64,000 nt of DNA from an uncultured Actinomycetota bacterium (GCA_963819215.1 CAWFVK010000003.1:138062-202061), one strand, 5' to 3'; positions 1 to 9,431 are shown, counted from the stretch's first letter. Numbers and translations are program-made. Notes: generated by a model from the sequence alone, not told the origin.

Positions 1-48
1 AGATTTCCAAAGGTGCCTGGGATCCGTGTAGCCTCGCACCGCTGCTGC

Positions 49-124
49 GCCCCCTTAGCTCAGTCGGCAGAGCGTCTCCATGGTAAGGAGAAGGTCTACG
101 GTTCGATTCCGTAAGGGGGCTCCA
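49..124 (+). tRNA. tRNA-Thr (anticodon GGT)
   Basis: Hand-folded cloverleaf: acceptor GCCCCCT/AGGGGGC, D stem GCTC/GAGC, anticodon stem TCTCC/GGAGA with loop AT-GGT-AA, T arm TACGG-TTCGATT-CCGTA, encoded CCA. Confidence 0.9.
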
Positions 125-233
125 AGACAAGCGTGACGCCTCGGCCGTGGCCGGGGCGTCTCTCGCTTCCCGCGAGCTTCGTGCGGACCGTCCCCGGGAG
201 GCCAGCGTGCCGGACGACTCGGTGCGGATCGCG

Positions 234-955
234 ATGTGGTCCGGGCCGCGGAACCTCTCGACCGCGCTCATGCGGTCGTTCGAGAACCGCTCCGACACCG
301 TGGTCGTCGACGAGCCGCTGTACGCCCACTACCTCACGGTCACGGGCATCGACCACCCCGGACGCGCAGACATCCTCGCGGCCCAGAGCCCGAGCTGGCA
401 GGTCGTCACCGAGGAGCTCACCGGCCCTGTCCCCGGCGGCCGCAGGGTCTGGTACCAGAAGCACATGACCCACCACCTCGTCCCAGAGGTCGGCAGGGGC
501 TGGCTCGCGCGCGTCACGAACGCGTTCCTGATCCGGGACCCGGCTCAGGTGGTCGCCTCCTACGCGCAGGTCCGTGGCGAGCCCACCCTCGCCGACCTCG
601 GGTTCGTGCAGCAGCAGGAGATCTTCGAGCGCACCGCGGACCGGCTCGGCGCCGCGCCCCCCGTGATCGACGCCGCGGACCTCCTCGCGGATCCGGAAGG
701 TGTGCTCAGCCAGCTCTGCGAGCAGCTCGGGATCGACTTCGAGCCGGCGATGCTCTCGTGGCCGGCCGGCCCCCGAAGCTCCGACGGGGTCTGGGCTCCT
801 TACTGGTACGCCTCGGTGGAGGCCTCGACGGGTTCGCGCCGCCCCGTCCCGACGCGGCGATCGTCCCGGACCGGCTCCAGGGCCTGCTCGACCGCTGCCG
901 TCCCTGCTACGAGGCGCTCGCCCCGTTCCGGATCAGACCCGCACCGACGTCCTAG
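234..955 (+). pseudogene. P-loop sulfotransferase-like protein. The frame breaks (-1) near 830 and the true stop is at 953-955
   Basis: MWSGPRNLSTALMRSF...WYQKHMTHH...YWYASVEASTG reads in the frame of ORF 147..1868. The plausible C-terminus FAPPRPDAAIVPDRLQGLLDRCRPCYEALAPFRI continues in the frame of ORF 236..955. Confidence 0.55.
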
Positions 956-965
956 GCTGCCGGAC

Positions 966-1868
966 ATGCTGCAGTCCTTCGACGAGCGCAACCGCGACCT
1001 CCTGGTGAGCGTGGGCGGCGTGCTGCGCCACCGCGACGAGCCGCACGTGTCGGCCTTCGACTCCGTGGTCCAGGGTGGCGATGCGGTGTGGGAGGGGCTA
1101 CGCCTCTACGACGGCCGCATCTTCCGGCTGATGGAGCACCTCGCCCGGCTGCGCGGCTCAGCCCGGGCGCTGGCCTTCGCCCAGGTGCCGGCCGACGAGG
1201 AGATCGTCGCCGAGATCACCCGCACCCTCGAGGCGAACCAGATGCGTGACGGCGTGCACATCCGGCTGACCCTGACGCGCGGGGTCAAGATCACCAGCGG
1301 GATGGACCCCAGGCTGAACCAGGCTGGACCCACGCTGATCGTGCTGGCCGAGCACAAGCCGCCGGTCTACGACACCGGAGGCATCCACCTCGCCACTGCC
1401 TCGGTGCGCCGGCCAGGACCGGATGTCCTCGACCCCAAGATCCACCACAACAACCTCATCAACTCGATCCTCGCCAAGATCGAGGCGAACGCGGCCGGCG
1501 CGGACGACGCGCTGCTGCTGGACGGCCACGGCTTCGTCGCCGAGACCAACGCCACGAACGTCTTCGCGGTGGTGGACGGCGTCGTGGTCACGCCCACCGC
1601 ACGTGCCTGTCCGGAGGGCATCACCAGGGCCGCCGTGCTGGGCCTGCTCCGCGACCTGGGCGTGGTCCACGAGGTGCGCGACGTGGCGCCGTCCGAGCTC
1701 CACCGCGCCACCGAGGTGTTCGTGACCGGCACGATGGGTGAGCTCGTCCCGGTGCTGAGCATCGACCGGCGGGTGATCGGGCCCGGGGAGCCGGGAGAGG
1801 TGACCGCGCGCCTGACGGCGGCCTTCCGGACCCTCACCTCGACCGAGGGAGTAAGCGTCGTCGCCTGA
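966..1868 (+). CDS. class IV (branched-chain / D-amino-acid type) PLP aminotransferase
   Basis: ATG at 966, in frame with ORF 147..1868. MLQSFDERNRDLLVSVGG...EGLRLYDGRIFRLMEHLARL...NATNVFAVVDGVVVTP...VFVTGTMGELVPVLSID is a typical fold-type IV aminotransferase. Confidence 0.8.
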   Translation: MLQSFDERNRDLLVSVGGVLRHRDEPHVSAFDSVVQGGDAVWEGLRLYDGRIFRLMEHLARLRGSARALAFAQVPADEEIVAEITRTLEANQMRDGVHIRLTLTRGVKITSGMDPRLNQAGPTLIVLAEHKPPVYDTGGIHLATASVRRPGPDVLDPKIHHNNLINSILAKIEANAAGADDALLLDGHGFVAETNATNVFAVVDGVVVTPTARACPEGITRAAVLGLLRDLGVVHEVRDVAPSELHRATEVFVTGTMGELVPVLSIDRRVIGPGEPGEVTARLTAAFRTLTSTEGVSVVA

Positions 1869-1934
1869 GCGTTGTAGCCCTCGACGCGAACCGGTTAGGG
1901 CTGAGCCGAAGCGGCCGCTACCCTTGGCGGCTGC

Positions 1935-2010
1935 GGCGGAGTAGCTCAGTTGGTAGAGCAAGCGGCTCATAATCGCTGTGTCGTGGGTTCAAGTCCCGCC
2001 TCCGCTACCA
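1935..2010 (+). tRNA. tRNA-Met, elongator type (anticodon CAT)
   Basis: Hand fold: acceptor GGCGGAG/CTCCGCT (first pair G-U), D stem GCTC/GAGC, anticodon loop CT-CAT-AA, T arm GTGGG-TTCAAGT-CCCGC, encoded CCA. It lacks the initiator features (no 3 G-C pairs in the anticodon stem). Confidence 0.85.
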
Positions 2011-2094
2011 GTTCGTCCCGATTTTCCGATCGGGTCCGCGCCGCGTTAACCTAGACCGTTGTCCAACAGCTGATTTCATTCCCAGGAGCTTCCC

Positions 2095-2262
2095 GTGGCC
2101 GCCAAGAGCGACGTCCGTCCCAAGATCACCATGGCGTGCCAGGAGTGCAAGCACCGCAACTACATCACCAAGAAGAACCGGCGGAACGACCCTGACCGGG
2201 TCGAGCTCAAGAAGTTCTGCCCGAACTGCAACCTCCACACGGTGCACAAAGAGACCCGCTAG
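2095..2262 (+). CDS. rpmG: 50S ribosomal protein L33
   Basis: Own translation (too short for the ORF track): [58 protein letters not shown] start with AGGAG at 2084-2088. Confidence 0.9.
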   Translation: MAAKSDVRPKITMACQECKHRNYITKKNRRNDPDRVELKKFCPNCNLHTVHKETR

Positions 2263-2304
2263 CACTCCTCGCCGCAGGCCCGTCCTGCGAGCAAGGCACT
2301 CGTC

Positions 2305-2339
2305 CGCAAGGCCGCCCCGCTCGATGGGGCGGCCTTGCG
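2305..2339 (+). terminator. stem-loop after rpmG (probable factor-independent terminator without a U-tract)
   Basis: Perfect 14-bp inverted repeat CGCAAGGCCGCCCC-gctcgat-GGGGCGGCCTTGCG, 43 nt after the rpmG stop. Confidence 0.5.
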
Positions 2340-2423
2340 TGCGTTAGCGTCGGCGCTCACGAGCCAAGACCAGTCCCTGCTCCCTCCGTGGACCGGGCCT
2401 GCCCAGTCGAGAGGACGCCTGCA

Positions 2424-3238
2424 GTGGGACGCCTAGAGGACAGAGTGGCCATCGTCACCGGAGCCGGGCGAGGCATCGGGCGTGCCACGGCACTGCGGCT
2501 CGCGGCCGACGGCGCCCAGGTCGTGGTCAACGACATCGATGCCGAGCCGGCGCACGAGACCGTCGAGCTCATCCAGGCAGCTGGTGGGCGAGGCGGCGGC
2601 GGGGATCGCCAACACGGTCGAGCTCGCACAGGCGCGCGAGCTGGTCGAGTCCACGGTCAAGCGCTTCGGCAAGCTCGACATCCTGGTGAACAACGCGGGG
2701 GTCACCAGGGACCGGATGTTCCACAACCTCGACGACGAGCTCTTCTCGATGGTGCTGGACGTCAACCTCAAGACCGCGTTCCACACGACGCTGGCGGCGA
2801 TGCCCTACCTGCGCGAGGTCGCGAAGGCGGAGATCGCGGCGAACGGCCAGCGTCGCCTACCACCGCAAGATCACCTCGACGTCGTCCGTGGTGGCCTTCA
2901 CCGGCAACCCGGGCCAGTACAACTACACGGCGGCCAAGGGCGCGATCATCTCCACGACGAAGACGCTGGCGCGTGAGCTGGGGCCGTTCGGGATCAACGT
3001 CAACGCGGTCGCGCCGGGCTTCATCGAGACCCGGATGACCGCCGCCAAGCAGCCAGGTGAGTCGGTCGGCATCCCCGAGGAGATGCGGCAGGTCGCCCGG
3101 TCGCTGGTCTCGCTCGGCCGCCTGGGCGTGCCTGAGGACATCGCGAAGGTGCATGCGTTCCTGGTGTCCTCGGACGCCGACTACATCTCCGGCGTGACGA
3201 TTCCGGTCACCGGGGGCCAGCTGGGAGGGATGGGCTGA
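2424..3238 (+). pseudogene. SDR-family oxidoreductase (FabG-like 3-oxoacyl-ACP reductase), two +1 frame breaks (near 2590 and 2860)
   Basis: [24 protein letters not shown] (ORF 2388..3038), then [21 protein letters not shown] (ORF 2482..2976), then [38 protein letters not shown] (ORF 2888..3238). TGxxxGxG, NNAG and YxxxK motifs are all present. Confidence 0.8.
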
Positions 3239-3696
3239 TGCCGCTCGACCCGTCGTTCATCGGCCGGACCTATCCGGCCTCGCCTGCCTATCTCGTGTCG
3301 CGCGAGAAGATCGCGGAGTTCGCCACCGCGATCGGCGACGCCACCCCGGCGTACTTCTCGGCCGAGGCCGCCCAGGCGCTGGGCCACCGGGACGTCGTCG
3401 CCCCGCCGACCTTCCCCATCGTGATCTCGTCCCGTGCGTCCGCCGCGGTCATGTTCGACCCCGCCCTCGGCCTGGACTACTCCAGGGTGGTCCACGGCGA
3501 GCAGTCGTTCAGCTACGAGCGCCCGATCGTCGCCGGGGACCGGCTCGTCGTGGTCGGCACCGTGGAGAACGTCCGTTCCGCGGCCGGCAACGACCTCCTG
3601 TCGTTGAAGGCCGAGATCCGCACCGAGGACGGCGAGCTCGTCTGCACGGCGCGCTCCACGATCGTGTCCCGTGGCGTCGAGACCAAGGAGGGCTGA
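3238..3696 (+). CDS. MaoC-like hotdog dehydratase, N-terminal-type subunit (HadA-like)
   Basis: Intact 152-aa ORF, ATGA overlap with the upstream stop. Same position (after rpmG) as mycobacterial hadA. Confidence 0.75.
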   Translation: MPLDPSFIGRTYPASPAYLVSREKIAEFATAIGDATPAYFSAEAAQALGHRDVVAPPTFPIVISSRASAAVMFDPALGLDYSRVVHGEQSFSYERPIVAGDRLVVVGTVENVRSAAGNDLLSLKAEIRTEDGELVCTARSTIVSRGVETKEG

Positions 3697-3699
3697 GCG

Positions 3700-4130
3700 G
3701 TGGCCGCAAGCATCAGCTACGACGACGTCGCCGTGGGCACCGAGATCCCGGCGCAGACGTTCACCATCGAGCGCGTGAACCTCGTCATGTACGCGGGCGC
3801 CTCGGGTGACTTCAACATCATCCACTGGAACGAGCGCGTCGCCACCAGCGTCGGGCTGCCCAACGTCATCGCGCACGGCATGTTCACGATGGCCGAGGGT
3901 GGTCGCGTCGCTGACCGACTGGGTCGGCGACCCGGGGGCGGTCGTCGAGTACGGGGTGCGCTTCACCCGTCCGGTGCCGGTGCCCGACGACGGCGTCGGC
4001 GCGAAGGTCGTCGTGACCGGATCCGTCACCGAGCTGCTCGACGGGCCGCCAGGTCAGGGTGACCCTGGTGGCCACCTGCGACGGCGAGAAGGTGCTCGGC
4101 CAGGCGCGTGCGGTCCTGCAGCTGGCGTGA
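3700..4130 (+). pseudogene. MaoC-family (R)-specific dehydratase (HadB-like), two +1 frame breaks (near 3900 and 4045)
   Basis: GASGDFNIIHWNERVATSVGLPNVIAHGMFTMAE (ORF 3700..4062), then TDWVGDPGAVVEYGVRFTRPVPV...VVVTGSVTELLDG (frame of ORF 3806..5176), then RVTLVATCDGEKVLGQARAVLQLA* in the third frame. Confidence 0.75.
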
Positions 4131-5176
4131 GCGTCCCAGGTTCCGGCGTCCCGGGGCTCGGGGTACGCCTCGACCAGCTCACGACGCTGCGCGTGGGCGG
4201 ACCGGCCCGTGACTGCTTCGCCCCGCCCACGGAGGCCGAGCTGGTCGCGGAGCTGACGACGTTCGACGCCGTCAAGGAGCCCGTCCTGCTGGTCGGGGGA
4301 GGGTCGAACCTGGTCGTGGCGGACGCCGGCTTCGACGGCACCGTGGTCCGGCTGGCGACCCGGGGTGTCCACCACCAGCGAACCGGTGACGTCGTGCAGG
4401 TCACCGCCGACGCGGGGGAGCCCTGGGACGACCTCGTGGCCGACTGCGTCGCCGAGGGTCTGTCGGGGATCGAGGCGCTGTCCGGCATCCCTGGGCTGGT
4501 GGGAGCGACTCCGGTCCAGAACGTCGGCGCCTACGGGCAGGAGATCGCGCAGACGCTCGTCTCCGTCCGGGTGCTCGACCGTGAGCGGTCCGACATCCTC
4601 GAGCTCACAGCCGCGGACTGCGGGTTCGGGTACCGGACCAGCCGCTTCAAGGGGTCCGAGCGCTTCCTCGTGCTTGCGGTCACCCTTGCGCTCAGCACGC
4701 TGCCAGCGGCTTCGGCGGTCACCTACCCCGAGGTCGCTCGTGCGCTGGGCGTCGCGCCTGGGGCCAGCGCGCCGCCGGCCACCGTGCGCGCAGCCGTGCT
4801 CGACCTGCGCCGGGCGAAGGGCATGGTCCTCGACCCGACAGACCCTGACACGGCCAGCGCAGGGTCCTTCTTCACCAACCCGCTGCTGAGCCAGGACCAG
4901 GTCGCCGCGCTGCCAGCCGAGGCACCGACCTACCCGCAGCCCGACGGGACGGTGAAGGTCTCGGCCGCGTGGCTCATCGAGCACGCCGGCTTCAGCCGTG
5001 GCTACAGCATCGGGGCGGCCGGGCTCTCCACCAAGCACACCCTGGCCATCACCAACCGCGGCGGCGCGACCACCGAGGAGCTGCTCGTCCTCGCCCGCAC
5101 GATCAGGGACGGCGTGCGAGCGACCTACGGGGTCGAGCTGGTCCCGGAGCCCAGGCTGGTCGGCTGCTCGCTCTGA
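4127..5176 (+). CDS. murB: UDP-N-acetylenolpyruvoylglucosamine reductase
   Basis: GTG at 4127 (GTGA overlap with the previous stop). LTTLRVGGPA...LLVGGGSNLVVAD...GIPGLVGATPVQNVGAYGQE...SAGSFFTNP inside ORF 3806..5176. Confidence 0.85.
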   Translation: MSVPGSGVPGLGVRLDQLTTLRVGGPARDCFAPPTEAELVAELTTFDAVKEPVLLVGGGSNLVVADAGFDGTVVRLATRGVHHQRTGDVVQVTADAGEPWDDLVADCVAEGLSGIEALSGIPGLVGATPVQNVGAYGQEIAQTLVSVRVLDRERSDILELTAADCGFGYRTSRFKGSERFLVLAVTLALSTLPAASAVTYPEVARALGVAPGASAPPATVRAAVLDLRRAKGMVLDPTDPDTASAGSFFTNPLLSQDQVAALPAEAPTYPQPDGTVKVSAAWLIEHAGFSRGYSIGAAGLSTKHTLAITNRGGATTEELLVLARTIRDGVRATYGVELVPEPRLVGCSL

Positions 5177-6190
5177 GCCAGCCAGCCGTCGATCCCGGCC
5201 AGCAGGTCTCGACGGATCGTCGACGGCGCCGTCGAGGCCAGCACGGACTGCCGGGCCAGTGCGGCCAGGCCTGCGTCGTCGACGCCGTGGATCCTCGCGC
5301 CTGCCGGTACTGCTCGGTGAGGCGGGCCCCGAAGATCAGCGGGTCGTCCGCGCCCGAGGGCGACCGGCACGCCGGCCGTCGAGCAACGCCCTCAGCGGGA
5401 CGTCGGCCGGCGTCGGGTAGACGCCCAGCGAGACGTTGGAGGAGGGGCAGACCTCGCAGGTGATCTGCTTCGCTGGCCAGCACCTCGAGCAGGCGGGGAT
5501 CTTCGGCGGACCTGATGCCGTGGCCGATCCGGTCGGCGGCGAGGCTGTCGACGCAGGCCCGCACGCTGGCGGGCCCGAGCAGCTCACCCGCCATGCGGCG
5601 CGGACAGCAGGCCGGCTCGGCCGGCGATGGCGAAGGCCGGCGCGAACTCGGCCGCGGGTCCCCGTCGCTCGTCGTTGGCCAGCCCGAAGCCCACGACCCC
5701 GCGCCCCGCGTACTGGGCGGCGAGGCGGGCGAGGGTGCGAGCGTCCATGGGATGCCGCGTCCGGTTGGCCCCGATGATCAGGGCCATACCCACCCCGGTC
5801 GCGCGCGACGCCTGGGCGACTGCGTCGAGGACCAGCTCGGTGAAGGCTGTGATGCCCCCGAAGTAGCCGGCGTAGCCACTCGGGTCGACCTGGATCTCGA
5901 GCCAGCCGGAGCCGTCGGCGCGTTCGTCCTCCGCGATCTCCTGGCAGAGCCGGCGGACGTCGGCCTCGGTCCGCAGCACCCCTCGCGCAGCCTCGTAGAG
6001 CCGCTGGAAGCGGAACCAGCCCTCGCTCGTCGGCGGCCTCCATGCGTACCGGTACCGGCGATGCGAGCGCGTCAGGCAGCCGCATGCCGTGCTGGGCCGC
6101 GAGCTCGAGCAGGGTGGAGTGCCGCATGGCGCCGGTGAAGTGCAGGTGCAGGTGCGCCTTGGGGAGGGCGTGCAGCCCGGGACGCTCCAC
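5125..6190 (-). pseudogene. add: adenosine deaminase, about 6 frame breaks
   Basis: LPKAHLHLHFTGAMRHSTLLELA (ORF 5336..6352), WFRFQRLYEAA...GWLEIQVDPSGYAG...GFGLANDE (ORF 5584..6207), DRIGHGIRSAEDPRLLEVLA (ORF 5103..5594), ITCEVCPSSNVSLGV, then ADDPLIFGARLTEQY and IHGVDDAGLAALARQSV in alternating frames. Confidence 0.7.
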
Positions 6191-6239
6191 TGCGGACGGG
6201 TCGTCACCGGCCGGCCATCGAGGTGATGCGCCGACCCGC

Positions 6240-7494
6240 TCAGCCGGTGGTCTCGGCGAGGAGCTTCTGCATCCGACCGACGCCTTCGACCAGGTCGTCG
6301 TCGCCCAGGGCGTAGGACAGGCGCAGGTAGCCCGGCGTGCCGAAGGCCTCACCGGGCACCACGGCGACCTCGGCCTCGGCCAGGATCAACCCGGCGAGCT
6401 GGCCGAGGACGTGATCGTCTCGCCGCGGAGCTGGCGTCCGAGCAGGCCCTTCACCGACGGGTAGCAGTAGAAGGCGCCCTCCGGGCAGGGGGCAGGTCAC
6501 GCCGTCGATCTCGTCGAGCATCGTCGTCATGGTGACCCGCGTCGACGGTCGAAGGCCGCGCGCATCATCGGCCACCGCCGACAGGTCGCCGGACACCGCT
6601 GCCAGGGCAGCGATCTGGGAGACGTTCGCGACGTTCGAGGTCGCGTGCGACTGCAGGTTGCGTGGCCGCCGCGACGACGTCCTTCGGGCCGAGCAGCCAG
6701 CCGACCCGCCAACCGGTCATGGCGTAGGTCTTGGCCACACCGTTCACCACGACGCAGTGGTCGGCGAGCTCCGGGACCACGGCCGGCATCGAGGTGAACG
6801 TCGCGTCGCCGTAGACGAGGTGCTCGTAGATCTCGTCGGTGACGACCCAGAGGCCGCGTTCCACCGCCCAGCGGCCGATCGCCTCGACCTGCTCCGGCGG
6901 GTAGACCGCGCCGGTCGGGTTGGACGGGGAGACGAAGACGAGCATCTTGGTCTGCGGGGTCAGCGCTGCCTCGAGCTGGTCCAGGGTGACGAGGTAGCCG
7001 GCGGTCTCGTCCGTCACGATCTCGACCGGGACGCCGCCGGCCAACCGGATCGACTCGGGATAGGTGGTCCAGTACGGCGCGGGCAGCAGCACCTCGTCAC
7101 CCGGGTCGAGCAGGGTGGCGAAGGCGTCGTACAGGGCCTGCTTGCCGCCGTTGGTCACCAGCACCTGGCTGGCCTCGACGCTGTAGCCGCTGTCGCGTCG
7201 GGTCTTGGCCGCGATCGCCGCCTTGAGGTCAGGCAGCCCGCCCGCGGGGGTGTATCGGTGCCACCGCGGCTCCGCGGCCGCCGCGACCGCCGCGGCGACG
7301 ATGTAGTCAGGGGTCGGGAAGTCGGGCTCGCCGGCACCGAAGCCGATCACCGGTCGCCCGGCCGCCTGCAGCGCTTTGGCCTTGGCGTCGACGGCGAGCG
7401 TCGCGGACTCGGCGATGCCCCCGACGCGGGCCGAGACCCTGCGCTGCGAGAGACGGACCGATCGGCTGGCGAAGGCGTTGGTGTCAGGGCTCAT
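6240..7494 (-). pseudogene. PLP-dependent (aspartate-type, class I) aminotransferase, about 5 frame breaks in 6400-6690
   Basis: [13 protein letters not shown]...[13 protein letters not shown]...[10 protein letters not shown]...[16 protein letters not shown] (ORF 6565..7578). [39 protein letters not shown] and [24 protein letters not shown] continue in other frames. GGGAGGA lies upstream of ATG 7494. Confidence 0.8.
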
Positions 7495-7649
7495 GACCCC
7501 TATCCTCCCATCGTCGACAGGCGGCCTTGGCCAGGGCATTCCGGCCAGTTCGACCCGGACGCTGGCGAGGCCGTACACTGACCGAGGTGGCTAGCACCAC
7601 TGCGCGAGCGTGCCCTTGGGCAGGCGTCGCGCAGCCGCTGGCCCGCCGA

Positions 7650-7722
7650 AGGGTCGTAGCTCAATTGGTAGAGTTCCGGTCTCCAAAACCGGCGGTTGTG
7701 GGTTCAAGTCCCTCCGGCCCTG
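7650..7722 (+). tRNA. tRNA-Trp (anticodon CCA), no encoded CCA end
   Basis: Hand fold: acceptor AGGGTCG/CGGCCCT, anticodon stem CCGGT/ACCGG with loop CT-CCA-AA, T loop TTCAAGT. One T-T mismatch in the T stem. Confidence 0.85.
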
Positions 7723-7757
7723 CTCCCTCGCACCGACGTTCCACAGCTCCAGAAGCC

Positions 7758-7804
7758 GATCCACTGACAGACGATCTACCGACAGACAGATCCACCGACA
7801 GAGC
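7758..7804 (+). repeat. 3 tandem copies of a 15-16 nt unit (GATCYACYGACAGAS) in the tRNA-Trp/secE spacer
   Basis: gatccactgacagac / gatctaccgacagaca / gatccaccgacagagc read directly, ending 36 nt before the secE ATG. Confidence 0.8.
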
Positions 7805-7840
7805 ACGACTCCGAGACCGCTGACGAAAGGGTGGTGGCCG

Positions 7841-8108
7841 ATGAGCGACACCCTGGGCTCCACCTCGACCCCCGAGCGCGGTCGTTCCGGCTCCGACAAG
7901 GGCGAGCGGCCTGGCCTCTTCGCGCGGATCGCGCTTGTTCTACCGGCAGGTCGTCGCCGAGCTCGGCAAGGTCATCTGGCCGACGCAGCGCGAGCTCGTC
8001 ACCTACACCACCGTCGTCATCGTCTTCGTCGCGTCCCTGACGTTGATCGTCGCCATCCTGGACTACCTGTTCGGGAAGGCCGTGCTGGCCGTCTTCGGCG
8101 GTAGCTGA
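7841..8108 (+). pseudogene. secE: preprotein translocase subunit SecE, one +1 frame break near 7936
   Basis: MSDTLGSTSTPERGRSGSDKGERPGLFARIAL, then (next frame) [56 protein letters not shown]. Confidence 0.8.
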
Positions 8109-8164
8109 GCACCTGCTGCGCGGCTGCCCCCGTTCCCGCTCCACCCCGAGGAAGTGCTCCCCCT

Positions 8165-8938
8165 GTGACCGAGTTCCCGCAAGACGGCACCGACGTCGAC
8201 GTCGTTGCCCCCGCTGACGTGTCCGACGACGTCGAGGTGGTCGAGGTCGAGGTGGTCGAGGCTGTGACCCCGACCGAGGAGCTGGTCGAGGCGGAGGTCG
8301 TAGCGGAGCTCGAGGCTGAGGTCGCTGCAGAGGCCGAGGTCGCTGCCGAGGCCGTGGACGAGGACCCCGTCGCCGCGTTCCGCATCGCGCTGCGTGCAGC
8401 GCCGGGGGAGTGGTACGTCGTGCACTCCTACGCGGGCTACGAGAACCGGGTGAAGACCAACGTCGAGAGCCGGACCACCTCCCTCAACATGGAGGACTTC
8501 ATCTTCCAGGTCGAGGTCCCCCAGGAAGAGGTCGTCGAGATCAAGAACGGGCAGCGCAAGCTCGTCCGTCGCAACAAGTTCCCCGGTTACGTCCTGGTCC
8601 GGATGGACCTCACCGACGAGTCCTGGGGCGCGGTCCGCAACACCCCGGGCGTGACCGGCTTCGTGGGCCACGCCCACCAGCCCACCCCGCTGACCGTCGA
8701 CGAGGTCGTGAACATCCTCGGCCCGACCGCGGAGAAGCAGGCCAAGGAGAAGGCGGAGGTGAAGGTCCTCGACTTCCAGGTCGGCGACTCCGTCACCGTC
8801 ATCGACGGCCCGTTCACCAGCCTGCAGGCCACCATCCACGAGATCAACGCCGACACCCAGCGCATCAAGGGTCTGGTGGAGATCTTCGGCCGGGAGACCC
8901 CGGTCGAGCTTTCGTTCTCGCAGATCCAGAAGAACTAA
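8165..8938 (+). CDS. nusG: transcription termination/antitermination factor NusG (acidic N-terminal extension)
   Basis: Intact 257-aa ORF: [19 protein letters not shown]...FPGYVLVRM...[23 protein letters not shown]. Confidence 0.95.
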   Translation: MTEFPQDGTDVDVVAPADVSDDVEVVEVEVVEAVTPTEELVEAEVVAELEAEVAAEAEVAAEAVDEDPVAAFRIALRAAPGEWYVVHSYAGYENRVKTNVESRTTSLNMEDFIFQVEVPQEEVVEIKNGQRKLVRRNKFPGYVLVRMDLTDESWGAVRNTPGVTGFVGHAHQPTPLTVDEVVNILGPTAEKQAKEKAEVKVLDFQVGDSVTVIDGPFTSLQATIHEINADTQRIKGLVEIFGRETPVELSFSQIQKN

Positions 8939-8947
8939 GGAAACGTC

Positions 8948-9379
8948 ATGCCCCCCAAGAAGAAGCTGTCAGCGATCATCAAGCTGCAGATCAAGGCCGG
9001 CGCAGCAACGCCCGCCCCGCCGGTCGGTCCCGCCCTGGGTCAGCACGGCGTGAACATCATGGAGTTCTGCAAGGCCTACAACGCGGCCACGGAGTCCCAG
9101 CGCGGGCAGATCGTGCCCGTCGAGATCTCGGTCTTCGAGGACCGCTCGTTCACCTTCATCACCAAGACCCCGCCGGCGGCCCGGCTGATCCTGGCCGCTG
9201 CTGGTGTCGAGAAGGGCTCGCCGGAGCCGCACAAGACGAAGGTCGCGAAGATCAGCCGGGCCCAGGTCCGCGAGATCGCGCAGACCAAGTTCGAGGACCT
9301 CAACGCGAACGACCTCGACGCCGCCGAGCTGATCATCGCCGGCACTGCCCGCTCGATGGGCATCACGGTCTCCGACTGA
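8948..9379 (+). CDS. rplK: 50S ribosomal protein L11
   Basis: [45 protein letters not shown]. Confidence 0.95.
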   Translation: MPPKKKLSAIIKLQIKAGAATPAPPVGPALGQHGVNIMEFCKAYNAATESQRGQIVPVEISVFEDRSFTFITKTPPAARLILAAAGVEKGSPEPHKTKVAKISRAQVREIAQTKFEDLNANDLDAAELIIAGTARSMGITVSD

Positions 9380-9397
9380 CCTCAGCCGGACCAGCCT

Positions 9398-9431
9398 CAC
9401 CAGCCAGACCAGCTCCACCAGCCAGACCAGC
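9398..9431 (+). repeat. 16-nt exact direct repeat (CACCAGCCAGACCAGC), period 18, in the rplK-rplA spacer
   Basis: Copies at 9398-9413 and 9416-9431, flanked by degenerate CCAGC-rich sequence. Confidence 0.75.

Noticed and set aside
7550-7579. A possible promoter TCGACC-18-TACACT upstream of tRNA-Trp
   Set aside because: The spacer length is suboptimal, the -10 lies about 70 nt from the mature tRNA 5' end, and the -35 match is modest. It is too weak to report as a feature.
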